DNA from: Candidatus Omnitrophota bacterium
GTDB taxonomy: Bacteria; Omnitrophota; Gorgyraeia; Zapsychrales; Fredricksoniimonadaceae
Reading direction: 5' to 3'
Assembly: GCA_015233675.1 (NCBI GenBank)
Contig: JADFXH010000010.1
Coordinates: 7,284-71,283, forward strand
DNA length: 64,000 nt
Each line of letters starts with the position of its first letter. Position 1 is the stretch's first letter. This document shows positions 25,848 through 34,244 of the stretch, piece after piece. Made by a program: the position numbers and the translations under genes. The notes beneath the pieces are model-generated. The model was not told the origin of the DNA and did no database searches. It was given only the letters and a program-made list of their open reading frames with translations.

Positions 25848-27401
25848 ATGGACATCATGGACACGACGTCTCCTCTAATCTTATGGGCATTAGGTATCAT
25901 AATTCTTATCCTGCTATGCACCTGCGGCTATCTATTTTATGTTTTAACCACTCAGGAAGAAACCATCAAGAAAATGAAAGAAGAGCACGCCAAGCTGATG
26001 CGTTCTTTCAACGATTTAGACGAACAAGCGAAACTGATCATCCTCACTGATTTGGAACTTAATAAAACCCGGGAAGAAATGGATAAACGTCTCAATGGTT
26101 TAAATTCTCTTCAAAGGACATCCCGGCAGATAAGCCAGGCGCTTAATGAAAGTGAAGTTTTTCAAAAAATTTCTCCAGCGCTTTTCGAAGATTTGGGGTT
26201 CTCCCGCGCCCTGATCGTCACTGCAAATGATAATAACTTTTTAAAAGTCCGCATTAACGTCGGCTATAAAAATCCCCGTGCTGAAGCTATATTGACAGAT
26301 ATTGACTCTGAGGAGCCTCTTAAAAAAATTCTTTATGAAACCCACTCGCTTTCTTCCATCAATTGTCCTAACAAAATTAAAGAAAAAATAGTCAAAGTAT
26401 TTGAAGCTGAACATTTTATATTCTCTCCTATTGTAACCCAGACCGGAAATATCGGATTTGTTTTCGTAGGCAACCGGTATACCGCTTCTATGGTGACACA
26501 AGGAGAAGAAGAGCTGATCACCATTCTCTCGGGACAAATAGGCCAGTCAATCGAAAATGCAAAGCTATTTGAAAAAGTTTTCCACTCAAGCCAGGCATTG
26601 GAATTAAAAGTTGCGGACCGCACCAAGCAATTGGCCAGTGCCCTGCAAAAAGTCAACGACATCAGTAAGAAAAAAACAGAATTTATTTCCGCCGTTTCAC
26701 ATGAACTCAGGACCCCTTTGACTTCTATCAAAGGATATGCCGCCATACTCATGGCCGGAAAAATCGGCGAAATCCCTGTTGCTGTCAAAGAGCGTCTGGC
26801 CAAAATCAATTCCCATTCTGATAATTTGGTCTCCTTGATAAATAATCTGTTGGACATCGCGCGTATTGAATCCGGCAGGCAAGAGATGAAATTCGTTCTT
26901 TCCAAGATTAAAAATATTGTCGATAATGTCTCCGATTTGCTTACACCCCAAATGACCACCAAAGGCGTTAACCTGCATTTGCTCCTTCCTGAACAAATAG
27001 GGGAAGTTTACGCCGACGCTTCCCATATTGAGCGTGTCCTTATTAACCTGTTAAGCAATGCCATTAAATTTACGCCCCCCCAAGGGACGATCACCATAGC
27101 TGTTGCGCCAATTCCCGATGACGGATATGCCGTCTTTAACGTTTCCGATACCGGCATCGGTATACCTGCGCCGGAGATACAAAAACTTTTCAGTGAGTTT
27201 TACAGGGTTGACAATGAAATCAACCAAAATGTCAAAGGGACCGGTTTGGGGCTGGTACTGGCTAAGAATATTGTCCAGGCGCACCACGGTAAAATGTGGG
27301 TCCAGAGCAAGGTGGGGATGGGAACTTCATTTTATTTTACCTTGCCCTGTTCCCAAAAAGCATTTGAAGATCACTTAACCCAAGAGAAAACCGATGCGTA
27401 A
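25848..27401 (+). CDS. membrane sensor histidine kinase with GAF-like domain
   Basis: N-terminal TM segment. H-box SHELRTPLTSIKGYA, N-box LLSNAIKFT, G-boxes DTGIGIP and GTGLGL. Confidence 0.9.
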   Translation: MDIMDTTSPLILWALGIIILILLCTCGYLFYVLTTQEETIKKMKEEHAKLMRSFNDLDEQAKLIILTDLELNKTREEMDKRLNGLNSLQRTSRQISQALNESEVFQKISPALFEDLGFSRALIVTANDNNFLKVRINVGYKNPRAEAILTDIDSEEPLKKILYETHSLSSINCPNKIKEKIVKVFEAEHFIFSPIVTQTGNIGFVFVGNRYTASMVTQGEEELITILSGQIGQSIENAKLFEKVFHSSQALELKVADRTKQLASALQKVNDISKKKTEFISAVSHELRTPLTSIKGYAAILMAGKIGEIPVAVKERLAKINSHSDNLVSLINNLLDIARIESGRQEMKFVLSKIKNIVDNVSDLLTPQMTTKGVNLHLLLPEQIGEVYADASHIERVLINLLSNAIKFTPPQGTITIAVAPIPDDGYAVFNVSDTGIGIPAPEIQKLFSEFYRVDNEINQNVKGTGLGLVLAKNIVQAHHGKMWVQSKVGMGTSFYFTLPCSQKAFEDHLTQEKTDA

Positions 27402-28323
27402 AGAACGAATTTTAGTTATTGATGACGACCCTGATATCCGTGATGTCCTTGACCTGAGCTTGTCAGAACATTACTCTGTCTTCGCGGCAAGTAACGGCAA
27501 AGAAGGTTTGGAGATGGTAAGGACCAAAAACCCGGATTTGATCATCACCGACTATAATATGCCCGTAATGAATGGCCCGGAATTCTGCATCCAGTTGCGC
27601 CGTGACATACTGCTGCGCCATTTGCCCGTCATCATGCTGACCGGCAAAGGCGAAACCAAGGACATGGTCACCGGCATAGAATCCGGAGCAGACGACTATT
27701 TAATCAAACCTTTTGAGCCCGAAGCCCTGTTGGCGCGAATCCACATGATCTTAAAACGCACCACCCGTTCACTGGACGCAAATCCCCTGACCCACCTGCC
27801 GGGCAATTCTTCCATTATGGAAGAATTTCAAAGCTATATCGACAACGACAAGCCCTTTGCTGTTGGCTATGTGGATCTTGATAAATTCAAAATTTATAAC
27901 GATAAATACGGATTCGAACACGGAGACGAGATCATCCGTTCACTGGCCCGCATTCTCATTGACGCCACCCAGCAGTCCTGCGGAAAAGACGCCTTTGTCG
28001 GCCATATCGGCGGGGATGATTTTGTATTTATCTGTGAAGATGCCAAGGCTGACGCTATCAGCCAGAACATCATAGATGCCTTTGACAAGCTCTCCCCGGG
28101 CTTCTATAACAACGAAGACCGCTCTGCCGGTTTTATTATGGGAGTCGACAGGCAAGGAAATACAATCAAAGCAGGATTAGTCTCCGTGTCCATCGGCGTT
28201 GTCAGCAATGTTACCCAGAAGATAACCCATGTGGCCCAGATCGGAGAGCTCGGCGCGGATTTAAAGAAATTTGCTAAATCAATAGGAAAAAGCAATTTTC
28301 AAAGGGACCAGAGGAAAAAATAG
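27394..28323 (+). CDS. response regulator: REC + GGDEF-family domain with variant GGDDF motif
   Basis: REC: ILVIDDDPDIRD...DLIITDYNMPVMNG...KPF. GGDEF-like: YVDLDKFKIYNDKYGFEHGDEII...VGHIGGDDFVFI. Overlaps the kinase gene by 8 nt. Confidence 0.85.
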   Translation: MRKERILVIDDDPDIRDVLDLSLSEHYSVFAASNGKEGLEMVRTKNPDLIITDYNMPVMNGPEFCIQLRRDILLRHLPVIMLTGKGETKDMVTGIESGADDYLIKPFEPEALLARIHMILKRTTRSLDANPLTHLPGNSSIMEEFQSYIDNDKPFAVGYVDLDKFKIYNDKYGFEHGDEIIRSLARILIDATQQSCGKDAFVGHIGGDDFVFICEDAKADAISQNIIDAFDKLSPGFYNNEDRSAGFIMGVDRQGNTIKAGLVSVSIGVVSNVTQKITHVAQIGELGADLKKFAKSIGKSNFQRDQRKK

Positions 28324-28328
28324 CCCCC

Positions 28329-28398
28329 AAAAAGGTGTCAAAAAAGGTGTCAGTTCTCTTTTTGGAGAACTGACACCTTTTTTTGACACCTTTTTTTT
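28329..28398. terminator. bidirectional intrinsic terminator (stem of about 30 bp flanked by A and T tracts)
   Basis: AAAAAGGTGTCAAAAAAGGTGTCAGTTCTC-TTTTTG-GAGAACTGACACCTTTTTTTGACACCTTTTTTTT, located between convergent genes. Confidence 0.8.
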
Positions 28399-28416
28399 GT
28401 TCGGGAGAGCTATTTA

Positions 28417-31400
28417 CTATGAACATCTTCCCCTAATGCACTTTTTAGGACTGGAACAATTTGAAGAACAAGTTATGAGTCCACAAGAATCTGCATATGT
28501 TGTTGTGCTGCATTTACCAGAACAACTAGGCTGACAGCAAAGATTGCCGGGGGTACTACATTCCAGTCCCGTAGCGCAAACAGAAGAGCAGCAAAGTTGA
28601 CCCTTGCCTCCACACGTAGCACATTTCCCAGTACTAGTATTGCAAGCCAAACCAGCACTAACATCGCAAGTATTGCCAGCACAGCATATTTGTCCGACGC
28701 CCTCGCCACATGGTGGACATAAGCCAGTAGCTAAACATGTGCCGGCACCGCAGACTGAGCCAGCACAGCACTCTTGACCAGAGCCGCCGCAAAAACAATT
28801 GCCTGCAACGCAGCTAAAATTAGAATTACACCCCCCATTAGACGTCGATGGAGCACAGCATGCTTGCGTAGGGGCCCCGCCTCCACACGAAGTTGTAGCT
28901 CCGCTACAAGAGTATAGTTTTACAAGACATGTCCCTGAAGTAGCACTATCCGCGCATCCGGCGCCCGGAGGCGTATCAAATGCATGTGATTGAACCGTGA
29001 AACCAGTATTGCCAGCGCACAGGAGCCCAATACAATTTGGAGGAGACTCTCCCGGATTCCCGCAAACCGTTTTATTAGCAACTACCGGAGCCGCGGTGAA
29101 AGATACTAACGTCTCTCCACAACAAGTGTTATTACCATTGTAATTGATGCAAGTCGTTCCGCTGATGGAACAGCCCGGGCCGGAAGAACAGCACTGATTA
29201 CCACTAAGACCACAAACAGGGTTAGGCTTGCAATAAGCACCACTGCCGGAACCGGTAAAAGTAGATGCTGAATCACACTCCGCCTGGCAAGGCGTCGGGG
29301 TTGCCGGACAGGGATTAACCAAGGTATAAGATGTTGTGTTATTGCTAGGCTGGCTGTTATTGCCGCATGGTTGAGAATTGGCAGGCAGCCCCTGACAGGA
29401 ATCCAGCTGACAAGCACTGCCATCAAAATAATAACCCGGACTGCATTCCGCCTGACAGGCTGCCGGAATTGTAGGACAAGAGCTAACTAAAGTGAATGGG
29501 GTTGTGCTATTGGCCGCAGAAGTGTTATTAGCGCACTCCGTCGCATTCAGGGGCAAAGCCCCTTGGCAAAGATTCGTCTGGCATTTATTAATATTCGTGT
29601 CACAGACATATCCTGTATCACAAGTGCTGCCGTCACAACATGCACTGCCCCACGTGCCGCCACCACAACGAGTCTCGTGCACTAATGGTGCCGGGTGGGC
29701 ACAGCCTGGGGAATATACAGCGCAAGTAAATCCTTCCGCATGTTTAGCATTGCCAACACCAGAAGTTTGGGAGGAACAGGTTTTCCCATCGTATTGTATA
29801 AGCTCACTCAGGCCACCCTCATGCCATATCACTTGATAAATATCCGCATTGGAACCGTATAAGCCCTGGCAGACATTCTTTAAAGTGTCGCCCGTCGCAT
29901 CAAAACCTATCCAATACAAGCTAGTACAATTCCCTTTAGAATCCCATGCAGTACAATAGGAATGATCCCCGCAAAACGCATTTCCTTGGCTGTCAAAGGT
30001 ATCATGTCCATTTTTCATCTGCTCTACCAAGAAGCAGCAGTTAGGATTGTTTGTCCATTGGCCTGAAGCACATTGTGCGCTAATATTTCCTCCAGCACAA
30101 CATGGTCCGCTTCCACAACTGGGTGTAATACTCGAACAACTATACGTTGCGGTTTGGCCGCTGGCTGTCCCGGCGCCAAATGTTGCATTGCCACATGTCG
30201 TGCTGACCGTCGTATCCGCTAAACAACTGTTTGGCTGGCAAGTGCCGCTTATACAAGTATTCCCGGCATTACAGTTGCCCGAACAGCATGTCTGTCCGGC
30301 GTCGCCGCAGGCTGAAGCTGCAGAACAGCAGGAGTTACAATCAAAGGTATGGCCCATGTCTGTGCGGTTCACCCCGCATGCGTTGGCGGTACTGAAACAT
30401 CCGTCCCCAACATCGGGCAGCGGCGTTGCCTGTCCGCAAGCAAGCTCTCCGCCGCAATTTAAGGTTAGCGCACCGGTCTGGTCAACGCCAATAGAAGGTT
30501 GCTTTCCGAGAGGCAGCGTAACTGCACATACATAGACCTTTGTATTGTCCGTAGTTCCGCTGCCAAGAATAGTGCAGGATGAAAATGAGCCGCAAGCTGG
30601 ATTGCAGGAATATGAAAAACCTGCAATCCCGGTAATATTCAAACTAAGCGATTTGTTAATGCTGCCCAAGTCAGCGCAGTTTGAGGTGCAATAATGGCCA
30701 TTAAAAGTTTTATACGCATTCTGAGCTGCCGCGATGCTCTGAAGACTTGCGGTCAAATTATCCTTGATTTCCTTGAAAGAAGAACACTGATCCTTGCAGG
30801 TATTAGAAATGCTGCTGCAAACCGAACCGGAATTATTGCACTGGGTTGTACTGCTGCAGCACGGCTCATCTTGGCCGCCGCATTCGCATTGCTTAGAAGT
30901 GGCATTAAAGGCAAATCCGAGGCCGCATTCAGCCTGGCAATCAGAAGGATTATTGCAATCCCCTGCCAAGAAATACGCCGTCTGGTCCTGAATCGGTGAG
31001 GTGTTTGAACAAGATGTGGCATGAGAAGGTAAATTTATGCATTGGTTCGCCGCGCAGCTATTTGGGTTTTTGGCATCAATATGATAACGGAAGTTACATA
31101 TCGCCTGGCAGGCCGCGGGGTTAGTACAATTGCTTTTCAATGAATACGCCTCCTGATCCTTGGTAGGAAGTGGTTCGGTGGGACAATATCCCCCGTTAAA
31201 ATTATTTGGCAAGCTTTGGCACTGGTTGGCCACGCATGCACCGTTTGAATAATGGTGAGTGCTGTCGCAATTCGCTTGGCAGGCCACGGGGTTGCTACAA
31301 TCTGCCTTCAAAACATAAAGAGCCCCATCCTGCGTGGGAAGAGGAGCGCCGCTGCAGGCCGCCGCGTTAGCAGGCAGGCTCGAAGCCGCGCATTGATCTT

Positions 31401-32517
31401 GCGCGCAGCTGCCGTTCAGATAATGATAGTTGATAGCGCATTGCGCCTGGCAGGCCACAGGATTGTTGCAATCTGCCGCCAATACAGATGCAGCCCCATC
31501 CTGCGTTGGGAGCGGGGCATTGGCACAAGCTGACGCGTGAGCAGGCAACGCCGCACACTGGTTTGCCGCACAGCTGCCGCTGGAATAATGGTGATAAGTA
31601 TCGCATTGCGCCTGACAGGAGGTTGTCCCATCACAGCTCTGACTCAAGGTAAAGGAAGCATTATTGCTGGCTGGAAGGGCCGAATTATTACAGTCTATTG
31701 CTCCGGCAGGAATGGTTAATGCCGAGCAAACATTAGGCACACAACCTTGAGGACCTGAGCAATTATGTCCGGCCAAACAGTTTGCAGACTGGCTTTGTCC
31801 GCAATTATTGATCCAGGCAGAAGTGTTGCAAACATTATTATTGGGCATGCAACATTGGTCGTTAAAACATATGCTGTTCCCTGTACAATTGGCAGGTATG
31901 CTCTGACCGCAATTATTGGTATAACTTGCCGCTATGCATGCCTTGGGAGTGTCGGGCTGGCAGCAATTGTCATTGTAACATACATTGGGGGACTGGCAAT
32001 TGGACGCGATTGTAAGCCCGCAATCGTCTGTATAGCTTGCCGCTACGCAATTGGCTGGTATTTTAGGCGTGCAGCAGTTTCCATTATAACAAACATCCTT
32101 GTCCGTGGGACAACAGTTGCCGCTACAACTGACATGGCAGGAAGCGGAACCACTACAGTCTACAATCTGCCCCTTGCAGGTCTGGCCGGGGCCGCAAGTG
32201 ACGTTGCCTGCGGGACAATTTTTGCCGCCAAAAGCGGGCGCAGGGCATTCGCAAGCGCCGTACATTACGTCAAAGCCTTTATTGCCCTGCGGTGGACAAG
32301 TGACCGGGCACCAACCGCCGTCAATTTTTTGGGGATTATTCCCCATAATAACGTTAGTCACACTATTATAATAGCCCGTTGCCGCATTGTGCACTTTGTC
32401 AACCAGGGAACCAGGGCCAAAACCGGTAATAACAACCACCGCGACCACAGCTAAAAGTAGAAGATACTCTAAGCCGGTCTGCCCTCGAGAAGAACTATGA
32501 TCAACGGGTGTCCTCAT
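28417..32517 (-). CDS. 1366-aa cysteine-rich repeat protein with Flp/class-III prepilin-type N-terminal signal
   Basis: N-terminus ...SSRG|QTGLEYLLLLAVVAVVVITGF. I counted about 167 Cys by hand. Several internal Cys-repeat families are present. It has its own promoter and terminator. Confidence 0.85.
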   Translation of the reverse strand: MRTPVDHSSSRGQTGLEYLLLLAVVAVVVITGFGPGSLVDKVHNAATGYYNSVTNVIMGNNPQKIDGGWCPVTCPPQGNKGFDVMYGACECPAPAFGGKNCPAGNVTCGPGQTCKGQIVDCSGSASCHVSCSGNCCPTDKDVCYNGNCCTPKIPANCVAASYTDDCGLTIASNCQSPNVCYNDNCCQPDTPKACIAASYTNNCGQSIPANCTGNSICFNDQCCMPNNNVCNTSAWINNCGQSQSANCLAGHNCSGPQGCVPNVCSALTIPAGAIDCNNSALPASNNASFTLSQSCDGTTSCQAQCDTYHHYSSGSCAANQCAALPAHASACANAPLPTQDGAASVLAADCNNPVACQAQCAINYHYLNGSCAQDQCAASSLPANAAACSGAPLPTQDGALYVLKADCSNPVACQANCDSTHHYSNGACVANQCQSLPNNFNGGYCPTEPLPTKDQEAYSLKSNCTNPAACQAICNFRYHIDAKNPNSCAANQCINLPSHATSCSNTSPIQDQTAYFLAGDCNNPSDCQAECGLGFAFNATSKQCECGGQDEPCCSSTTQCNNSGSVCSSISNTCKDQCSSFKEIKDNLTASLQSIAAAQNAYKTFNGHYCTSNCADLGSINKSLSLNITGIAGFSYSCNPACGSFSSCTILGSGTTDNTKVYVCAVTLPLGKQPSIGVDQTGALTLNCGGELACGQATPLPDVGDGCFSTANACGVNRTDMGHTFDCNSCCSAASACGDAGQTCCSGNCNAGNTCISGTCQPNSCLADTTVSTTCGNATFGAGTASGQTATYSCSSITPSCGSGPCCAGGNISAQCASGQWTNNPNCCFLVEQMKNGHDTFDSQGNAFCGDHSYCTAWDSKGNCTSLYWIGFDATGDTLKNVCQGLYGSNADIYQVIWHEGGLSELIQYDGKTCSSQTSGVGNAKHAEGFTCAVYSPGCAHPAPLVHETRCGGGTWGSACCDGSTCDTGYVCDTNINKCQTNLCQGALPLNATECANNTSAANSTTPFTLVSSCPTIPAACQAECSPGYYFDGSACQLDSCQGLPANSQPCGNNSQPSNNTTSYTLVNPCPATPTPCQAECDSASTFTGSGSGAYCKPNPVCGLSGNQCCSSGPGCSISGTTCINYNGNNTCCGETLVSFTAAPVVANKTVCGNPGESPPNCIGLLCAGNTGFTVQSHAFDTPPGAGCADSATSGTCLVKLYSCSGATTSCGGGAPTQACCAPSTSNGGCNSNFSCVAGNCFCGGSGQECCAGSVCGAGTCLATGLCPPCGEGVGQICCAGNTCDVSAGLACNTSTGKCATCGGKGQLCCSSVCATGLECSTPGNLCCQPSCSGKCSTTTYADSCGLITCSSNCSSPKKCIRGRCS

Positions 32518-32560
32518 AATATCCTAACTAAAGTAACCCTTAAAGACCCTAGATAATACA

Positions 32561-32589
32561 AATATAACATACCTTGACAGATTTGGCAA
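32561..32589 (-). promoter_or_regulatory. sigma70-type promoter of the Cys-rich gene
   Basis: On the minus strand: TTGCCA (32589-32584), 17 nt, then TGtTATATT (extended -10; TATATT = 32566-32561). An AGGA SD lies 6 nt before the ATG. Confidence 0.5.
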
Positions 32590-32615
32590 AAAATCATGTC
32601 ACTTTTTGTAAAAAA

Positions 32616-32981
32616 TCAGTTAAAGAAAATACCCAGCTCTCCATACTTACCTTTTTGCTTAGTCGTATAAGCTTTTTTCCAGGAAACACCGGTAAGAGAA
32701 GTTAAGATATCAATACGTACAGGCGGCTGGCCAAGCTGAATAACATTGTCCCTTTGGGTAAAATCTTCAGATTTTAACCCTATATTACCAAAGCCAAATT
32801 CTTTTAACGCTTCAATAATTCTAAAAGAATTATCCTCGCTGGGTTCAAAAAAAATATCGATATCCCCTGTCATTCGTGGAGCTCCATGAAAGGCAAGGGC
32901 ATATCCACCAACAATTATATACCTAACGTGAAGGGCATTGAATAACGCGAGCAACTCTTTGAAGTCTTTCTGAGCTTCCAT
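32616..32981 (-). CDS. nucleotidyltransferase-fold small protein (MNT/AbiEii-like NTase family)
   Basis: VRYIIVGGYALAFHGAPRMTGDIDIFF (GG..A...HG..R.T.D.D motif). Confidence 0.55.
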   Translation of the reverse strand: MEAQKDFKELLALFNALHVRYIIVGGYALAFHGAPRMTGDIDIFFEPSEDNSFRIIEALKEFGFGNIGLKSEDFTQRDNVIQLGQPPVRIDILTSLTGVSWKKAYTTKQKGKYGELGIFFN

Positions 32982-33129
32982 AAATTTGATTTCTTAGGAT
33001 TTCGACAGCGGCCACACGGTCTTTCGCAGGCCGTCTTAACCAATATTTTAAATCTTCATCGAGAGTTGAGGAATCTGTGAGGTGAGTTTTTTTGAATTTT
33101 CTTTTTATCATTGGACGTTCCATAGGCAA
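32923..33129 (-). CDS. hypothetical small protein overlapping the NTase gene by 59 nt
   Basis: ORF only. The segment ...VAAVEILRNQIYGSSERLQRVARVI resembles small proteins often found beside such NTases. Confidence 0.3.
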   Translation of the reverse strand: MPMERPMIKRKFKKTHLTDSSTLDEDLKYWLRRPAKDRVAAVEILRNQIYGSSERLQRVARVIQCPSR

Positions 33130-33181
33130 AAATTATTATAACAAATCCAAAATCATTAAAGAATAAAATAGCCGATTTAAA

Positions 33182-33883
33182 TCACAAGCTTTTAAGGCTC
33201 TTGGTGACCTCAAAGAGATTGCCGGCACCAAAAAGATAGCTGGCAGTAATTAAGATATTTGCCCCTGCTTTCACGGCTAAAGGAGCAGTTTGGGCGTTAA
33301 TGCCTCCATCTATCGCGATATCCCCGCTAAAAATCGCCTTCAAGCGCTCCAATTTAGGCAAAACTTCAGGCATGAATTGCTGGCCGGAAAACCCGGGATT
33401 GACAGACATGATCAAAACCCCGTCACAATCCTTTAAAATTTCTTCGCATAATGCCGTGCAGGGATTGAACACCACAAAAGCTTTTTTCCCAAGCCCGCGG
33501 ATTTTCTTTAAATCCGCACGCAAAGCAGGGATGTCCACCTGACTGATTTGTTTAGGCCATTGATTCCATTGGTGGCATGTTCTTAAGCGCTCCCCGTAAC
33601 ACTCAGCCTGTATCTGAATGCTGTCCGCGCCTGCTTTGGCGTAACTTTCAATATACTCTCCCGGGTGCTCAATCATCAAATGGGCTGACAACAAAAGCTG
33701 TGTGCGCTTGCGAACAGCCTCAACTATCACAGGCCCAACGGTCAAATTAGGGACAAAATGCCCATCCATGCAATCAATGTGAAAACGTGTCACGCCGGCA
33801 TCTTCGCAACGCTTGATGTCGCGGGCTAAATTTCCAAAATCAGCCGCAAGAATGCTTGCTGAAACTTCGATAGGTTTCTTCAT
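33182..33883 (-). CDS. rpe: ribulose-phosphate 3-epimerase
   Basis: SILAADFGNLARDIKRCEDAGVTRFHIDCMDGHFVPNLTVGP...MSVNPGFSGQQF. Confidence 0.9.
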   Translation of the reverse strand: MKKPIEVSASILAADFGNLARDIKRCEDAGVTRFHIDCMDGHFVPNLTVGPVIVEAVRKRTQLLLSAHLMIEHPGEYIESYAKAGADSIQIQAECYGERLRTCHQWNQWPKQISQVDIPALRADLKKIRGLGKKAFVVFNPCTALCEEILKDCDGVLIMSVNPGFSGQQFMPEVLPKLERLKAIFSGDIAIDGGINAQTAPLAVKAGANILITASYLFGAGNLFEVTKSLKSL

Positions 33884-33904
33884 GCTTGTCCAATTGCCTC
33901 AAAT

Positions 33905-33989
33905 TGGTGCGTGGGGAGGGAATTGAACCCTCACGCCTTACGGCATACGCCCCTCAAACGTACGCGTCTACCAATTCCGCCACCCACGC
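33905..33989 (-). tRNA. tRNA-Leu (anticodon GAG), long variable arm, CCA encoded
   Basis: Acceptor GCGTGGG/CCCACGC is perfect. Anticodon stem TACGT/GCGTA with loop TTGAGGG. Variable arm TGCCGTAAGGCGT. T arm GAGGG-TTCAATT-CCCTC. Confidence 0.9.
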
Positions 33990-34244
33990 GCAAATGTTCT
34001 ACCATTTCCTTCTTGACTACCGAACGTACCAGAATTTTAGCATTGCTGAGCAAGTAGCAGGGAATATTGTTTCCGCCACCCGAGCTTATTTGCTAACTGT
34101 TCTTCGCTAACGCATTCAAAGTAAAAACACTCTCGGTGCCAATCGTCACGATATCAATTTTATGTCCTTTCGCTAGAGTGACCGCAGGGATAAATTTATC
34201 CCTGCTGCCTCACTGCGTATAATAGCTTTTAAGCATTCCGGCAA

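Noticed and set aside
28473-32454. Many long ORFs in other frames or on the opposite strand of the Cys-rich gene, for example 31765-32454 (+, 229 aa), 30047-30535 (+, 162 aa), 29492-29836 (+) and 29106-29426 (-).
   Set aside because: They are low-complexity and lack starts with an SD. They are explained by the stop-codon-poor composition of a Cys/Gly/Ala/Asn-rich coding strand. Only the 1366-aa frame has a promoter, an SD, a signal sequence and a coherent repeat architecture.
33886-34110. 74-aa plus-strand ORF.
   Set aside because: It overlaps tRNA-Leu(GAG) on the opposite strand and is spurious.
34184-34205. The perfect palindrome GCAGGGATAAATTTATCCCTGC, 40 nt downstream of the pyrG stop.
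   Set aside because: It may be a 3' stabilising hairpin, but no U-tract follows on the gene strand. It is therefore not called as an intrinsic terminator.
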